Below, piece after piece: positions 29,898 to 44,800 of a stretch of DNA of 64,000 nt (within the stretch, counting starts at the first letter, position 1; each line of letters opens with the position of its first letter). A model generated the notes under the pieces. It saw only the letters and a program-made list of their open reading frames with translations. It was not told the origin of the DNA and made no database searches. The DNA lies in the NCBI GenBank assembly GCA_947164995.1, contig CAMUYU010000001.1, forward strand, positions 23,164 to 87,163. The letters are read 5' to 3'. This DNA comes from an uncultured Clostridia bacterium. GTDB taxonomy: Bacteria > Bacillota > Clostridia > TANB77 > UBA1234. Made by a program: the position numbers and the translations under genes.

Positions 29898-32800
29898 TTA
29901 ATGTGATGTAAAGTAACCTGGGTTACTTGTGCCACCGTCGATGTGAGCGTAAGTAATATCATTGTGGTCATAATCATATGCCGTACCTGCTCCACCAACT
30001 AAAGAACTGCTTTTATAGAATACACTTTCTTCTCTATTGGTAACACTAGCCGTACTAAATGTATTTAAAGCATATATTGTTCTTAAACTAGACGCTTGAC
30101 AAAACATATACTTCATCCTTGTAACATTACTTGTATCAAAATTTATACCTGAAATGTCAATAACTTCTGCTGCACACTCCATAAACATGCTATACATATC
30201 AGTTACATTACTTGTTTTGATATTTGATCCAGATAAGTCAATTCTCTTGATTCCAGAAAATGCAAACATATAACCCATATTTGTAACTTTGCCTGTATCA
30301 AAATTAGGTGTTTTTAAATTCAAATTTGTTAATTTTCTACATGCATAAAACATATACTGCATAGTTGTTACATTACTCGTGTCAAAATTTGGATTTGTTA
30401 AATCTAAGCTTAATAGTTTTTCGCATTCATCAAACATATAACTCATATCAGTTACTTTTCCTGTATTAAAATTAGTCCCTGCTATATTTAATGATGTCAT
30501 ATTCTTACATCCATTAAACATCCTTGACATATTAGTGACATTACTTGTATTAAAATTATTTCCTGTTAAATCCAATGATGTTAATCCAGCACAAGAATAA
30601 AACATATATGTCATATTTGTTACATTGCTTGTATCAAAATTAGGTGTTTTTAAATTCAATGATGTTAATTTGGTACAAGAACCAAACATAGAACCCATAT
30701 TTGTAACATTACTCGTATTAAAATTGTTTCCTGTTAAATCCAAAGATGTCAAACTTGTACAACCAGAAAACATGCCATACATATTAGTTACATTACTTGT
30801 ATCAAAATTTGGCGTTTTAACATTTAGAGATTGCAAACTTCCGCAAGAAAAAAACATCGAATCCATACTTGTAACTTTACTTGTATTAAAGCCACTCACA
30901 TCTATATTCGTAAGTGCTTTACAATAATAGAACATTTTTTTCATATTTGTAACGTTACCTGTATCAAATCTTGACACATCTATCGCTTCTAATTTTTGAC
31001 AATCCGCAAACATTCCTTCCATGGTTGTAACATTGCTTGTTTTAAAATTAGAACCTATTATTATCTCTCTTAATGCAACATTTGAAAAATTGTTAGGATG
31101 GCCAAACATATAATACATTGTCGTTACCTGACTTGTATCAAAGTTAGATAAATCAAGTGTTTCCAGCTTATTACACTCAAAAAACATATTCTTCATGCTT
31201 TTAACTTTATCAGTCTTAAAATTAGGACCATTAACTTTTAAACTTATCAAGTTCTCACAGTAACCAAACATACCATCCATTAATGTAACTTGACTTGTAT
31301 CAAAATTAGGTATAGCTAAATCTAATTCTATTAGCGCTTTACATCCACCAAACATACTTGACATAGTTGTTACATTTCTAGTGTCGAATATTGGTGATGT
31401 TAAAACAATACTTGCTAATTTATTACATGAGCTAACAAAATTCGATAAATTTGTTACATTTGTCGTTATTTCAGTTATTCCTAAATCTTCAACAACATTT
31501 AATTCTGTCAATTCTGCCAAATAATAAAACATTCGTGACATATTATCATTTGCAAATATCTTTTGAGCTTCTGACCAAAGTTTTATTACTCCAGTTCCAT
31601 TTCCAGAGTTATCTTGTTCAAACCATGCATATATTGGAACTTCCGAATCAAAAGTAGAAACAATATTCTCTTCAGTCATAATAGAAAGATCTGGTGCTGT
31701 ACTTGACCAACCTATTCCTTTTATCAAATTATCACTCACTCCATAACCAACCGAATTACCCGCTGCCAAATTCTTAATCTTACCATTAAATGATGTACCT
31801 GGTAAATATGTTGCACTTGCTGGTGTTCTCCAGAAGTAACCTGGATTTGCTACACCACCATCGATGTGAGCGTATGTTTTGTCTTTTGGATTTGATTCAT
31901 TATATGTAGTACCCATTCCACCAACCAAACTACTACATCCATCAAACATTCTGTCTGATGTTGTTACATTTGTTGTCACAAAGGCATTGCTTGCATATAT
32001 CTTGTTTAATTTGTTTGCATACTTGAACATGCCTTCCATATTTATGACGCTAGAAGTATCCCAACTTGATAAGTCTAATTCATATGGTGTTGCATTCTGT
32101 GCCATCATAAAGAACATACTATTCATACTAGTAACTTCTGATGTGTTCCAATCCGATAAATCTAACTCAAAAGAGGTCGCTCTCCTTCCAACTTCATAGA
32201 ACATCCATCTTAAACTTACATTAGAGAATTGCCATCCAGATAAATCTAGTTTAATAGATGATGCATTGTTGAATGCTCCTCTAAACAATCCATCCATATA
32301 ACCGCCAGTAACATTTGATAAATCCCAACCTGATAAATCGAAATCAACGTTTTGTATATTCTTAAATGAGTCCATAAACATATAAGCTATATTAGTAACA
32401 CTTGACATATCCCAGCCTGACAAATCATGTATATTCCATGATGTAGCATTTTCACATACTTCGTTGAACATTCTTTCCATATCTTCAACATTTGATGTAT
32501 TCCAGCCCGAAATGTCACCTATATCAAATGTCGAAACTTGTCTAGCAGTTCCATTAAACATTTGTCTCATACTCGTAACACTTGATGTATCCCAGCCAGA
32601 CAAATCCAAATCAAATGTTGATGCACTATATCCTGTATTACGGAACATATAATTCATATTTTTAACATTCGATGTATTCCATCCGGAAATATCTCCAACA
32701 GACCATGTTGCTGATGCATATCCAGAACCGCCAAACATATTTGACATATTAGTTACACTAGATGTAATCCATCCTGAAAGATCTCCAACTGACCATGTGG

Positions 32801-35800
32801 TTGAACTATGTCCCGTTGCACCAAACATGCTAGACATATCTTTTACATTAGCTGTGTTCCAGCCCGAAAGATCTCCAACTGACCATGTGGTTGAATTAAA
32901 TCCCGTTCCATTAAACAATGCACTCATATTGGTTACGTTTGATGTATCCCATCCTGATAAGTCACCCAAAGTAAATGTGTTTGCACTGTATCCTGCTTGC
33001 GAGAACATACTACTCATATCTGTAATTTGTGATGTATCCCATCCTGATAAATCACCTATGCTCCATGAAGTATCATTTTTTCCAGTTTCTTCAAACATCT
33101 TAGATGCATTTTTAAGCTTTGATATGTTCCATTCTGATAGGTCACCTACGCTCCATAAAGTTGCATTTCTTCCTGTAAAATCAAATAACATATACATCGT
33201 TGTAACATTTGAAACATCCCATTCTGATAAATCACCCAAAGTCCATGTTGTTGCATTATAACCAGCATGATCAAACATGCTACTCATATTAGTAACGTTT
33301 GCTGTGTTCCATTCAGATAAATTACCGACACTCCAAGTTGTTGCATTTTGTCCTGCATAATAGAACATATTTTGCATATTTGTTACGTTTGATACATTCC
33401 AACTTGATACATCAACATTAAATGTAGAGCCATTTTTACCAGTACTATAAAACATACCATACATATCTGTTGCATTACTTGTATCAACTCTATTCATATC
33501 AATATAGGCTGCATTATTCATGTTATAAAACATGCATCGAGCACTTGCATTCATATATACTTTTGACGCTTCTGTATATAATTTGATTTTTTCGTCTTCA
33601 AACCACGCGTAAATTGGAACTTCCGAATCATCAGTTGAAACTATATTAGCAGCTTGCATATTTGATGCTACTGGTGCTGTAGCAGACCATACTATTTCTT
33701 TTATTAATGTGTCACTTACAGTAAAATAAGTACTTGTTCCGCTAGCTAAGGTCTTAGTCTTGCTATTAAATGTTGTTCCAGGTAAGAATGTTGTATTTGC
33801 TGGTACTCTCCAGAAGTATCCTGGATTTGCTGTACCACCATCGATGTGAGCATAAGTCTTATCTTTTGGATTTGCAACATTATAAACTGTACCCATACCG
33901 CCTTTAATATTTGAACAAGCATCAAACATATCTACTGAAGTCGTTACATTCGTTGTTACAAAGTTGTCACTTGCATATATCTTTTCTAGTCTTCTACACT
34001 GCTCGAACATACCATTCATACTAGTTACACTTGATGTATCCCAACTAGATAAATCTAAATCAAATAATGTTGAACTGCATCCCATAAAAGCAAATGTATG
34101 ATACATATTTGCTATGCCTGAAGTATTCCAATTAGATACGTTTAGTTCAAAAGATGTTGAATTATATCCAGCCATTTCAAACATATTTTTTAAGCTATCT
34201 GCGTTTGATAAATTCCATCCTTCTAAATTTAGTCTAAACGATGTTGCATTTTTAGCTGTAAAGTAAAACATACTAATGATATTAGTTACACTTGATGTGT
34301 CCCAGCTTGAAAAATCAAAATCAAATGATTGTGTACTTCCCAAAGCGTAACTAAACATTTTTTCCATATTGGTTACATTTGATGTATCCCAGCTTTCTAT
34401 TCCTTCTATACTATATGTTGTTGCTCTTGAAGCTCCAAAATAAGTGAACATTTCAGACATATTGGTTAAGCTTGATAAATCCCATCCTGATAAATCCAAT
34501 GTGACGGATGTTGCTTTTTCACGGCCTACATTTGCAAACATACCAGACATAGTAGTTACTTTTGAAGTATCCCATCCTGACAAATCTAAATCAAATGTAG
34601 TTGCATTATAACCTGCCCTTCCAAATGTACCTGACATATTAGTTACATTTGATGTATTCCATTCTGATATATCACCAATATCCCATACTGATGCGTATTC
34701 TCCAGCGCCAATGAACATACCACCCATATTTTCAACTTTTGAAACATCCCAATCAGATAAATCGCCAATGTTCCACGTTGTTGCTTTTTGACCAGCACTT
34801 TCAAACATTTGATATACAGTAGTTGCACTTGACATTCTCCATCCAGACAAATCTCCTATGCTCCATGTTGTTGCGTTAGATCCGCATAAAGCAAACATCC
34901 ATGTCATATCTTTAACTTTTGATACATTCCAATCTGATAAGTCAATATTAAATGAAGCTGAATCATGTGCAGTACAATAAAACATTGAATTCATATTGAT
35001 AACATTAGATGTATCCCATTCTGATAAGCCAGTTATGCTAAATTCAGTCGTTTTATATCCGGTACCTGAAAACATAGTCCCCATGTATGTTACATTTGAT
35101 GTATCCCATCCCGATAAGTCACCAAGATTAAATGACATAGCATTATGTCCTGTACTACCAAACATAGAGCCCATATTTGTGACACTTGATGTATCCCAGT
35201 TTGTTAAATCTGCATTGAAAGAGCTTGCATTATATCCTGCACTTGAGAATAATGATTGCATAGTCGTTACGTTAGAAGTATCCCAGTTTGCTATATCCAA
35301 ACTAATACTATCTAAATTATATCCAAAGAATCCAAACATGCTTTGCATATTTGTAACTCTGGTTGTATTTACATTGCTAAATTCTATTCCTTCAGCTGAT
35401 TGTAAATTGTTAAACATATAGCTTGAATTTGCATTCAAATATTTGGTTGTTGCATCAGTATATAATTTTATTGTTCCATCTTCAAACCATGCATATATTG
35501 GTACTCCTGAATCATCAGTAGAAACAATATTTGCTGTCTGCATATTAGCAGATGTTGGTGCTGTATCTGACCAAATAATTTCTTTTATTAATGTGTCTAC
35601 TGCTGTATATGTTTTATTCGTCCCAGCAGCCAAAGTTTTTATCTTACTATTAAATGATGTTCCAGGTAAGAATGTTGTGCTTGCAGCTATTCTCCAGAAG
35701 TATCCTGGATTTGCTGTACCACCATCAAAATGTGCATAAGTCTTATCTTTTGGATTTGACTCATTATATGTTGTTCCAAGTCCACCAATTACAGATAAAC

Positions 35801-38800
35801 ATTTATCAAACATATTAGTTGAAGATGTTACTTGTGTTGTTACAAAGTTATTTGAAGCATATATCTTTTCAACTTTTCTACAATTGTAGAACATTGAATC
35901 CATATTTGTAACTCTTGATGTATCCCAACTTGATAAGTTTAATTCAAATGTTGTTGCATTATAACCTGTGCTATTAAACATATTGCTCATGTCAGTTACT
36001 TTTGATGTGTTTAATCCAGATACATCTAATCCAAATGTGGTTGCGTTATAACCAGCCCAGCTAAACATGTGTGCCATATTCATTACATTTGATGTATCCC
36101 AACTTGATAGATCTAGTGTATACGTTGATGAATTATATCCTGAGTTGTTAAACATGTAACGCATATCTGTAACATTTGATGTATCCCAAGAAGATAAATC
36201 TCCTATATCAAATATTGGTGCACTATATCCTGCACTAGCAAACATAGAGTTCATATCTAGTACATTTGATATATTCCAACCAGATAAATCGCCTAAATCA
36301 TATGTTGTTGCACTATAACCAGCTAAGCTCAACATTGCAGCCATAGTAGTTACATTTGATGTATCCCAAGAAGATAAGTCTAACTTAAATGTTGATGTGC
36401 CTGCTCCAGTACCAAAGAATAGATAACTCATATTGGTTACATTTGATGTATCCCAAGTTGCTAATTCGCCTATGTTAAATGTTGGTGCTGTGTATCCTGC
36501 AAAGTAGAATAAGCAACTCATATTATTAACATTTGATGTATCCCAAGAAGATAAATCGCCTAAATCAAATTCTGTTGCAGTATAACCTGTTAAGCCAAAC
36601 ATATAGCTCATATCGGTTACATTAGAAGTTGTCCAACCTGACAAATCTCCTATATTAAATGTTTGTGCACTATAACCTGCGTAATAATACATAAAGCTCA
36701 TATTGGTAACTTTTGATGTATCCCAAGAACCTATATCTCCTAGGTCAAATGTTGGAGCCATAAAGCCCGTTAAACCAAACATATAATTCATATCGGTTAC
36801 TTTTGATGTATCCCAAGAACTTAAGTCTCCTAAATCAAATGTTGTTGCTGTATAACCTGTAGAATCAAACATATGAGCCATGTTAGTTACACTTGACGTA
36901 TCCCAAGAAGATAAATCTACTTCAAATGTTGGTGCTGTGTAACCTGCATAACCAAACATATAGTTCATGTTTGTTGTGTTTATTGTATTTACATCATTCA
37001 TTTCTATTTCTGTAGCCGATCTTAAGCCATAGAACATATAACTTGCATTTTGATTTACATATACTGTTGAAGCAGCTGTGTATAATTTTATTACTTCGTC
37101 TTCATACCATGCATATATTGGAATTTCTGAGTCATCTGTAGAAACAATATTTGCAGCACTAGCATTTGCTGATGTTGGTGGTACATTTGACCAAACAACT
37201 CCTTTTATCAAACTATCTAATGTTGTATAGCCTACATTATTTCCTGCAGCCAAAGTCTTTATCTTGCCATTAAATGTTGTTCCTGGTAAGAATGTTGTGC
37301 TTACAGGTGGATGATAGAAGTATCCTGGATTTAAAAATCCTCCATCTAAATGTGCAAAAGTCTTATCCTTTGGATTTGATGCTCTATATCTTGTGCCCAA
37401 TCCACCATCTATTGACAAACAACCATCAAACATATTGTATGAAACTGTTACTTGTGTTGTTACAAACTTATCTGAAGCATATATCTTTTCAACTTTTCTA
37501 CATTCATAGAACATTTCCTCCATGTTAGAAACATTTGATGTATCCCAGCTTGATAAGTCTAATTCAAATGGTGCTGCGTTATATCCTGCATATGCAAACA
37601 TCTCTTCCATAGTTCTTACATTTGATGTATCCCAACCAGATAAATCTAATTCAAATGTTGTTGCATTTTGTCCTGCACAAGCAAACATCCAGTCCATATT
37701 TTCTACATTTGATGTATCCCAACCAGATAAATCTAATTCAAAGGTTGTTGCATTTTGTCCTGCACACCAAAACATACCATTCATATCTTCTACATTTGAT
37801 GTGTTCCATCTTGATAAGTCACCAATATTCCATGTTGTTGTATTCTGTCCTGCAAAAGCAAACATACCACCCATATCTTCTACATTTGATGTGTTCCATC
37901 TTGATAAGTCACCAATATTCCATGTTGTTGCAAATTTTCCTGCATTATTAAACATAGAGTTCATATGAAGTACATTAGATGTATCCCAATCAGATAAATC
38001 TAATTCAAATGTTGTTGCATTTTGTCCTGCGTTAACAAACATAGAGCCCATATTAAGTACATTAGATGTATCCCAATCAGATAAATCTAATTCAAATGTT
38101 GTTGCAGATTGTCCTGCAAAAGCAAACATAAAGCCCATATCTTCTACATTTGATGTATCCCAAGAAGATAAATCTCCTATATCAAATATTGGTGCACTAT
38201 ATCCTGCATTATTAAACATAGAGTACATATCATGTACATTAGATGTATCCCAACCAGATAAATCTAATTCAAATGTTGTTGCAGATTGTCCTGCGCCAGC
38301 AAACATAGCGCCCATACCTTCTACATTTGATGTATCCCAATTTGATAGACCAATCAATTTAAAGGTTGTAGCCTGCGCGCCTGTAGCAGCAAACATCTCT
38401 TCCATAGTTCTTACATTTGATGTATCCCAAGAAGATAAATCTCCTATATCAAATATTTGTGCTCTAGATCCTGCTCCCCTAAACATACCCTCCATGTTAG
38501 TGACGTATCTTGTATCCATTTTGTTTGCTTCTATTTTGGTTGCTGCTTCTAACTTAGCAAACATATCCGCTGCATTTTCATTTACAAATCTCTTCGAAGC
38601 TTTAGAATATAGCTTAATTTGATCATTTTCAAACCATGCATAGATTGGCCAAGCGGAGTCATCTGTAGAAACAATATTTTCTGCTTGCATATTTAAAACG
38701 GTTGGTGCTACATTAGACCATACAACACCTGTAATTAGGGTGTCTTCTGCATAATAACTCTTATTTGTTCCTGCAGCCAAAGTCTTTATCTTTCCATTAA

Positions 38801-41800
38801 AAGTATAACCCGGTAAGAATATTGCTTCATCTTTCTTCCAAACTGCATGCAATGTTAAATCTGCGTTTGTTGTATATTCATCACCTGGATAATAGTCTAC
38901 TATAAATCCAGAAGCAGAAGTTGCCCAACCAATGAATATATAATCTGTTCTTGTTGGCTCATCATCTGGAATTACGTATGTTTGTCCACCATACTTGATT
39001 CCATTTGCAGGGCCACCTATTCCCCCATTAGCATCATATGTTATATTGTAAATATTTGGTGTCCATTTAGCGTATAGTACTACATCTACATCTTCTGTAT
39101 AGAATGCTGTTCCGTTTTGAATATATGCTAATGTCCATGTAATATTTGTAGATTCTTCATCAGATAATCCCCAACCAGCAAATGTAAATCCATCTCTTGT
39201 TGGTATTATATTAGGAATTTGATAATCTATTCCTTCTATCTTCAATCCTGGCTCAGGTAAAGATGCTTCATCTCCACCATTTGCATCATATATTACATCA
39301 TATGTAACTGTGTACCAAATAGCATAGAATGTTGTATCTACATCTTCTGTATAGTAATCTCCTGGTTGATAACTTCCTTCTTCTGCAAGTGGAGAAAGGG
39401 CCCAACCTAAAAAAGTGCTTCCAAGTTTTGTAGGTACTGTGTTTGGAATTTCATAAAGTGAACCAAATACTTTAATACCATTTGGTGGTACTCCTGTTCC
39501 ACCATTTCCATCATATCTAATTGTATGTTGAGATAATGGTCCTGGGTCTACATATCCTTCTATTACATTCCAGAAGTAACCATTTAGATTATTTACACCA
39601 TCTAATCTTGCATATAATTTATCTATATGATTTGAATCATATACTGTTCCGCTTCCACCATTGATCTTAATACAATATAAGAACATATTTGTGTCACTAG
39701 TTACATTGTTTGTTGTAAAGTTTGTAGAAGCTAATATCTTTTCAATGTTCGTACAACCAATAAACATTTCTGACATATCTGTTACTCTGTTTGTTACAAA
39801 ACTTCTTAAGTCTAATGTAGATATAGTTTCACAAACAGCAAACATTCTTGCCATATTTGTTACTTTAGTTGTGTTAAAGTTTCCTGTGTCTAATACTGCA
39901 ACTTTTCTACAGTTTTCAAACATTGATTCCATAGTAGTAACATTACCTGTGTTAAAGTTTACAACATCAAGTGTTGTAACTTTAGAACAGTTAGCAAACA
40001 TTTGAGACATGTTTGTAACTTTTGATGTGTTAAAGCCACTTACATCAATTACTGTTGCATTTTCGCAGTTATTAAACATTCCTGTCATGTTTGTAACTTT
40101 ACTTGTATTAAAGTTAGCTAGACTTAGTCTATCTACTGTATTACAACCGCTAAACATCCATGACATATTTGTTACTCTACTTGTATCAAAGCTTCTTAAG
40201 TCTATACTTGGAAGTTTTGCACAATCCATAAACATTTCTGACATATCTGTTACGTTAGATGTATTGAATGCGCTTAGATTTAATGTATTTAATTTTACAT
40301 CTCCTGCAAACATACTCTTCATGGTTGCAACTTTTCTAGTGTCAAAGCTTCTTACATCTAATTCCGTAACTTTTGCACAATCTTTAAACATTTGTTCCAT
40401 GCTTACAACTTTGCTTGTGTTGAATCCACTTACATTGATTGTTGTTGCATTTTCACATCCGTTAAACATGCCTGTCATATGTGTTACTTTGCTTGTGTCA
40501 AAGTTCTCTAAATCTATTGTTGCTAATCTACTTGCTTCATTAAACATCCAAGACATATTTGTTACATTACTTGTGTCAAATTTGCTTAGGTCTAAGTTTG
40601 CAAGTTTGTTACATCCACTGAACATACTTGCAAATGTTGTAGATTTGCTTGTACGTACTTTAGATAAATCTATTGATGTAACTTCACTTAAGTTTGCAAA
40701 CATACTTTGTGCATTTGCATTTGTGAATGCTATTGAAGCTTCTGTATATAGTTTAATGCTATCTCCTTCAATCCATGCATATATTGGATTTCCTGATAGA
40801 TTGCTTGAAACTATATGGTCAGATGTCTTGTTGGTAGCTGATGGTTCTACATCTGTCCACTCAATTTTCTTAATTGTTGTATCTATAGTTGACGCTGTTG
40901 CTCCACTATTTCCTGCCAACTTCTTAATCTTTGAGTTAAATGATGCACCATCTAAGAATAAGGCATCTGCTTTCTTCCAAATAGCATATAAATATGTGTC
41001 TTCTTCTAATCTTGTTGTTGTATTTACAGGATAGTAATTGCTTGTATCTGTTGGACTTGTGTCTGCTTCTCTTGACCATCCTGCTATTATATATCCGTCC
41101 TTAAAGAATGTATTTTCAGAAGGCAATGTAAATGGAGACACACTTGATGCATAAACAATCTTAATTGGTCCTTCTGCACTCGTTCCACCATTACCATCTA
41201 GAGTAACTCTAATTCCATCTCCAGATGTATTTGGTTCTGAGTTCGAGTCATCACTTACTATTGTGCCATCATCTACTAACACAGCTCTAAAGCCTACTCT
41301 TGAATCTGGTGTTCCACCTACAGGTATACTTTCTACAGACATATCTTCAGAAGTGTAATCTAATCCTCTATATATTACATATGAAGTTAGATATGGGCTT
41401 TCTAGGTTTGTTCTTGTTATTACATCTTTTTCAGCACTAGAATATATGAAGTTTTCTATATCTGCAGATGTAATTACTTGTTTTTCTCCAGCTTTAGTTG
41501 AATTAATCATTGATGATGAATATATTTCTAAAGATGGACTTCCTTCTAAGTATGTTGCTGTATATTCCCAACTTCCACCTATCATGTCAAATACACCATA
41601 GATGTTTCCTGTTGTAGAAGTTCCTGGTTCGCTTCCTGTATTTATAGAATCATCTGTAGCTATATAATCGCCATTTCTACCATATTCAGAAAGACCTAAT
41701 AACAATGTTGCTTCGTATTCACTGTTTCTCATCATTCTAGAACCAGCTTTTACGTTCATTGATTTAGCGTTATCGAATATATTAGAAACATCAATACCTC

Positions 41801-44800
41801 TCCAAGGAGTTCTATCTGCTTTAGATACAGCTCTTATTGTGTTTGATGTTAATACATTTCCTCCACCTAAAGGTTTTGTAGATGCTTCCCATGTTGCACC
41901 ATCATCCATTGAATCTTCTCTAGATATTTCATACTTAGATATCCAGAATCCTGTTAATTCATATCCTGCACCTTTATCCATTGTGAATGCATCTGCTACA
42001 ATGTATCCTTCTGGAAGTGGATGAATAATTCCATTTTTGTCTATATATTCTGTGCTTGATCTCTTTCTTAAGAATATTACGTCATAGTCTATAAATTCTG
42101 TTGGGTCTTCACTTATTACACTCATTGATGCATCTGTATAGTATACAGGCTTATATGCAAATCTTGGTATCCATACCCATGAGCTTCCATCTTCAGTTCT
42201 TGCGTTAGCCCATTTAGATATAGTATTTTCAGAGTTTTCACCTATTGTGTCGTATGAATACATACTATCTGTAAAGTATCCAACTACGTTTTCATAACCA
42301 CCTGTATAATATAGTGCTTTCATTCCATGATATAATTCAGGATCATTTGGTACAGAACTTAAATCTATGTATGTTATAAAGTTTTGTAGTTCTTGTGATA
42401 CATCATTTCCATAAGAGTCGATTGCAACAATCTTATTCTTACCATTGTTTAGTTTAATTGTGTATTCACCATTTAGTCTTCCAACGATTGCACCATTTAA
42501 CATTAAAGCTTGTAGATGTTCGTCTTCTACATAAACTTGTGCTTCGTTACCATTTACAGTTACTCTTAAGATTGGCAATGTATTATCTACTGTTATATCT
42601 TTTACTTCTACAATTTGATTTTCATCTGAAATGTGGTTCCAAGCTCTATCGTAGATTAGATATTTATCTAAACTAAATGTTAGATTTCCATCACCTGTTA
42701 CGTCTTCAATTACAGCTGTGTATTTATATCCATCATTTGGATCATTTTGAATTGCTACTCTAGATAAGTCTGTAACACTTCCTGTTGAATCAAATCCATT
42801 TACTTGTAAAGCTATATCACTAGCTCTAATATTCGATGTATGTAAGAATTTATCAGTTACTTTGAAGTATAAGTTTGTCTTGTTATCATTTAGGTTACCA
42901 ATTCTAATAGCATTTAACCAAGTGGTCTTAACAATTGGTCCAACCATATTTCCAGCTTTATCTCTTTCCCAAATGTATAATGTCTTTTCACCATCACCTT
43001 GAGAAGTTTCAAAGATTGTCTTATCATCTTCACCATCATCGTTGTCTACATCTAGCCAATCGTCGTCATCATCTGGAACGTAGTCAGGGTCTTCTGTAAC
43101 ATAAATTTCTGTAATCTCATCATCTGGGATTTCAATTTCTATTACAACACTTTCTTGTTCTTCGTCAATTATTGGGTCAGATTCTTCTGGTGGTGTTCTA
43201 TCTATTGTTACTGTGTATGTAGAAATATCTGAAACTAATGTAGGTACATCTACTACATATGCTTTTGCATAAACCGTAATTGTTCCTTCTGTATATCTTA
43301 GAGTTTCAGAGTAGTTAAACCATGTGTTTCCATCTAAGCTATATAGATATCTTATTAAAACATCATTTGCTATTGAAACTTCACTACCATAAATATTAAT
43401 GAAGATTTCATCATGAACTGTTCCGCCATCAGGGATTATTCTTGAACCATCATTTCCGGTTATTATTGGAGGTGTTGGTCTACCAAATACTATTAATCTT
43501 ACAACATTTGAGTATGATTCATTATGGTTAGCATCTCCTGGTAAGTATGCTTGTACATAGTAAGTACCTTCTTCTTGAGGAGGTGCACTTAATCTTGTTG
43601 CAAGTCCACTATCTGCGTAGTAGTTATAAACTAGCATACTTTCTGCTGTATATGATGATAAGTCTCCACCATAGCCATAAATCTTTGTAATAGTAGCTCT
43701 ATCTATCGTGTGTCCACCGCCACTATATGCAACGATTTTATCTTCTAATGTAAGAATTGGTGTTGTTTTATAAATTTCAAATCCAACTTCTATTCTTCCA
43801 GAGTAATGACCAATGCCTGTTATTATTACTTTTGCAATTCCTACATAAACATTGTCTTCATAAGTTACTTCAAAATCTACTCCTTGTGATAGTACTTTTC
43901 CACTTGAAGTTACAAATCTTAATACTCTTGGTTCCTTTGGAGTCATATCATATTCATATCTTGTTTGACTTAATTCGATTGTGTAACCTTCCGCTTCTAA
44001 ATCATCTATCGTAACTGGCAAGATACTAAATGTAGGTCTTAATGTTCCTTCATAGTTACCAATACCAGTGATTACAGCTATAGCAGTATTATCTCCAACT
44101 TCTACGTTATTTAGATAACTTACCGTATAATCTGTATCTCTAATTAATTCTTTTCCAAAGAATGTTACATATGTATCTGGTTCTTTTGGTGTTCCATCAT
44201 AAGTAAATACTATTGGATTTAAAGTTACAGTCATATAATCTTTAAATCTTTCAAAGTTTGCTTTACTTATTGTAAATGAGCCTGTCTTTGTACCAGTATA
44301 GTTTCCAATACCTGTCATTATTACTTGAGCTGTTCCAACATTTACATTATTTGAATATGTAATTGTGAAATCTCTATCTACTAATAATGAAGTATTATTT
44401 ACTACTAATGAAGGTACTGGTGTAATTTCATTTCCAGAATATACATATTCTTCATTAAATGTCGCTGTTCCTGTAGAAATATCTCTAGGATTAATTGTTA
44501 AGTAGCTATTATTTCTTTCAAACGAAATTGAATAGTTGGATGTCTTAAATCTTCCATTCGCTGTTAGTGTTAATGTACCTATACTATTTATTTCATATGT
44601 GCCAACATCTTCTCCTAAATCTCTTGAAAGCTTACCTGTGCTTCCTTGCACTTCATTATTTTGCAATCCTTCTACAATATAATTAAATGTAGGGTCCGCA
44701 TCTTGATAAATCTTTGAGTAATTTCCACTTGGTTTAATTACTAGTGGTGCAGGTTTAATTAAGAATCTTTCTATCTTTGAACCTGTTCCAGCATATCCAC

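Noticed and set aside
37500-38520. CRISPR-like regular periodicity (84-bp units).
   Set aside because: The units are contiguous with no unique spacers, lie in-frame inside an ORF, and encode DUF285 protein repeats. No cas genes are present.
30625-41034. Many plus-strand ORFs of 60-340 aa (30625..30927, 31879..32199, 32797..33261, 34996..35421, 37522..37968, 39661..40005, 40009..41034 and others) inside the giant gene.
   Set aside because: They are antisense shadow frames of the repetitive minus-strand coding sequence. Their products are repeat reverse-complement translations (FDVSQ...DKS...) with no RBS, and they are wholly contained in a much longer ORF with clear domain content.
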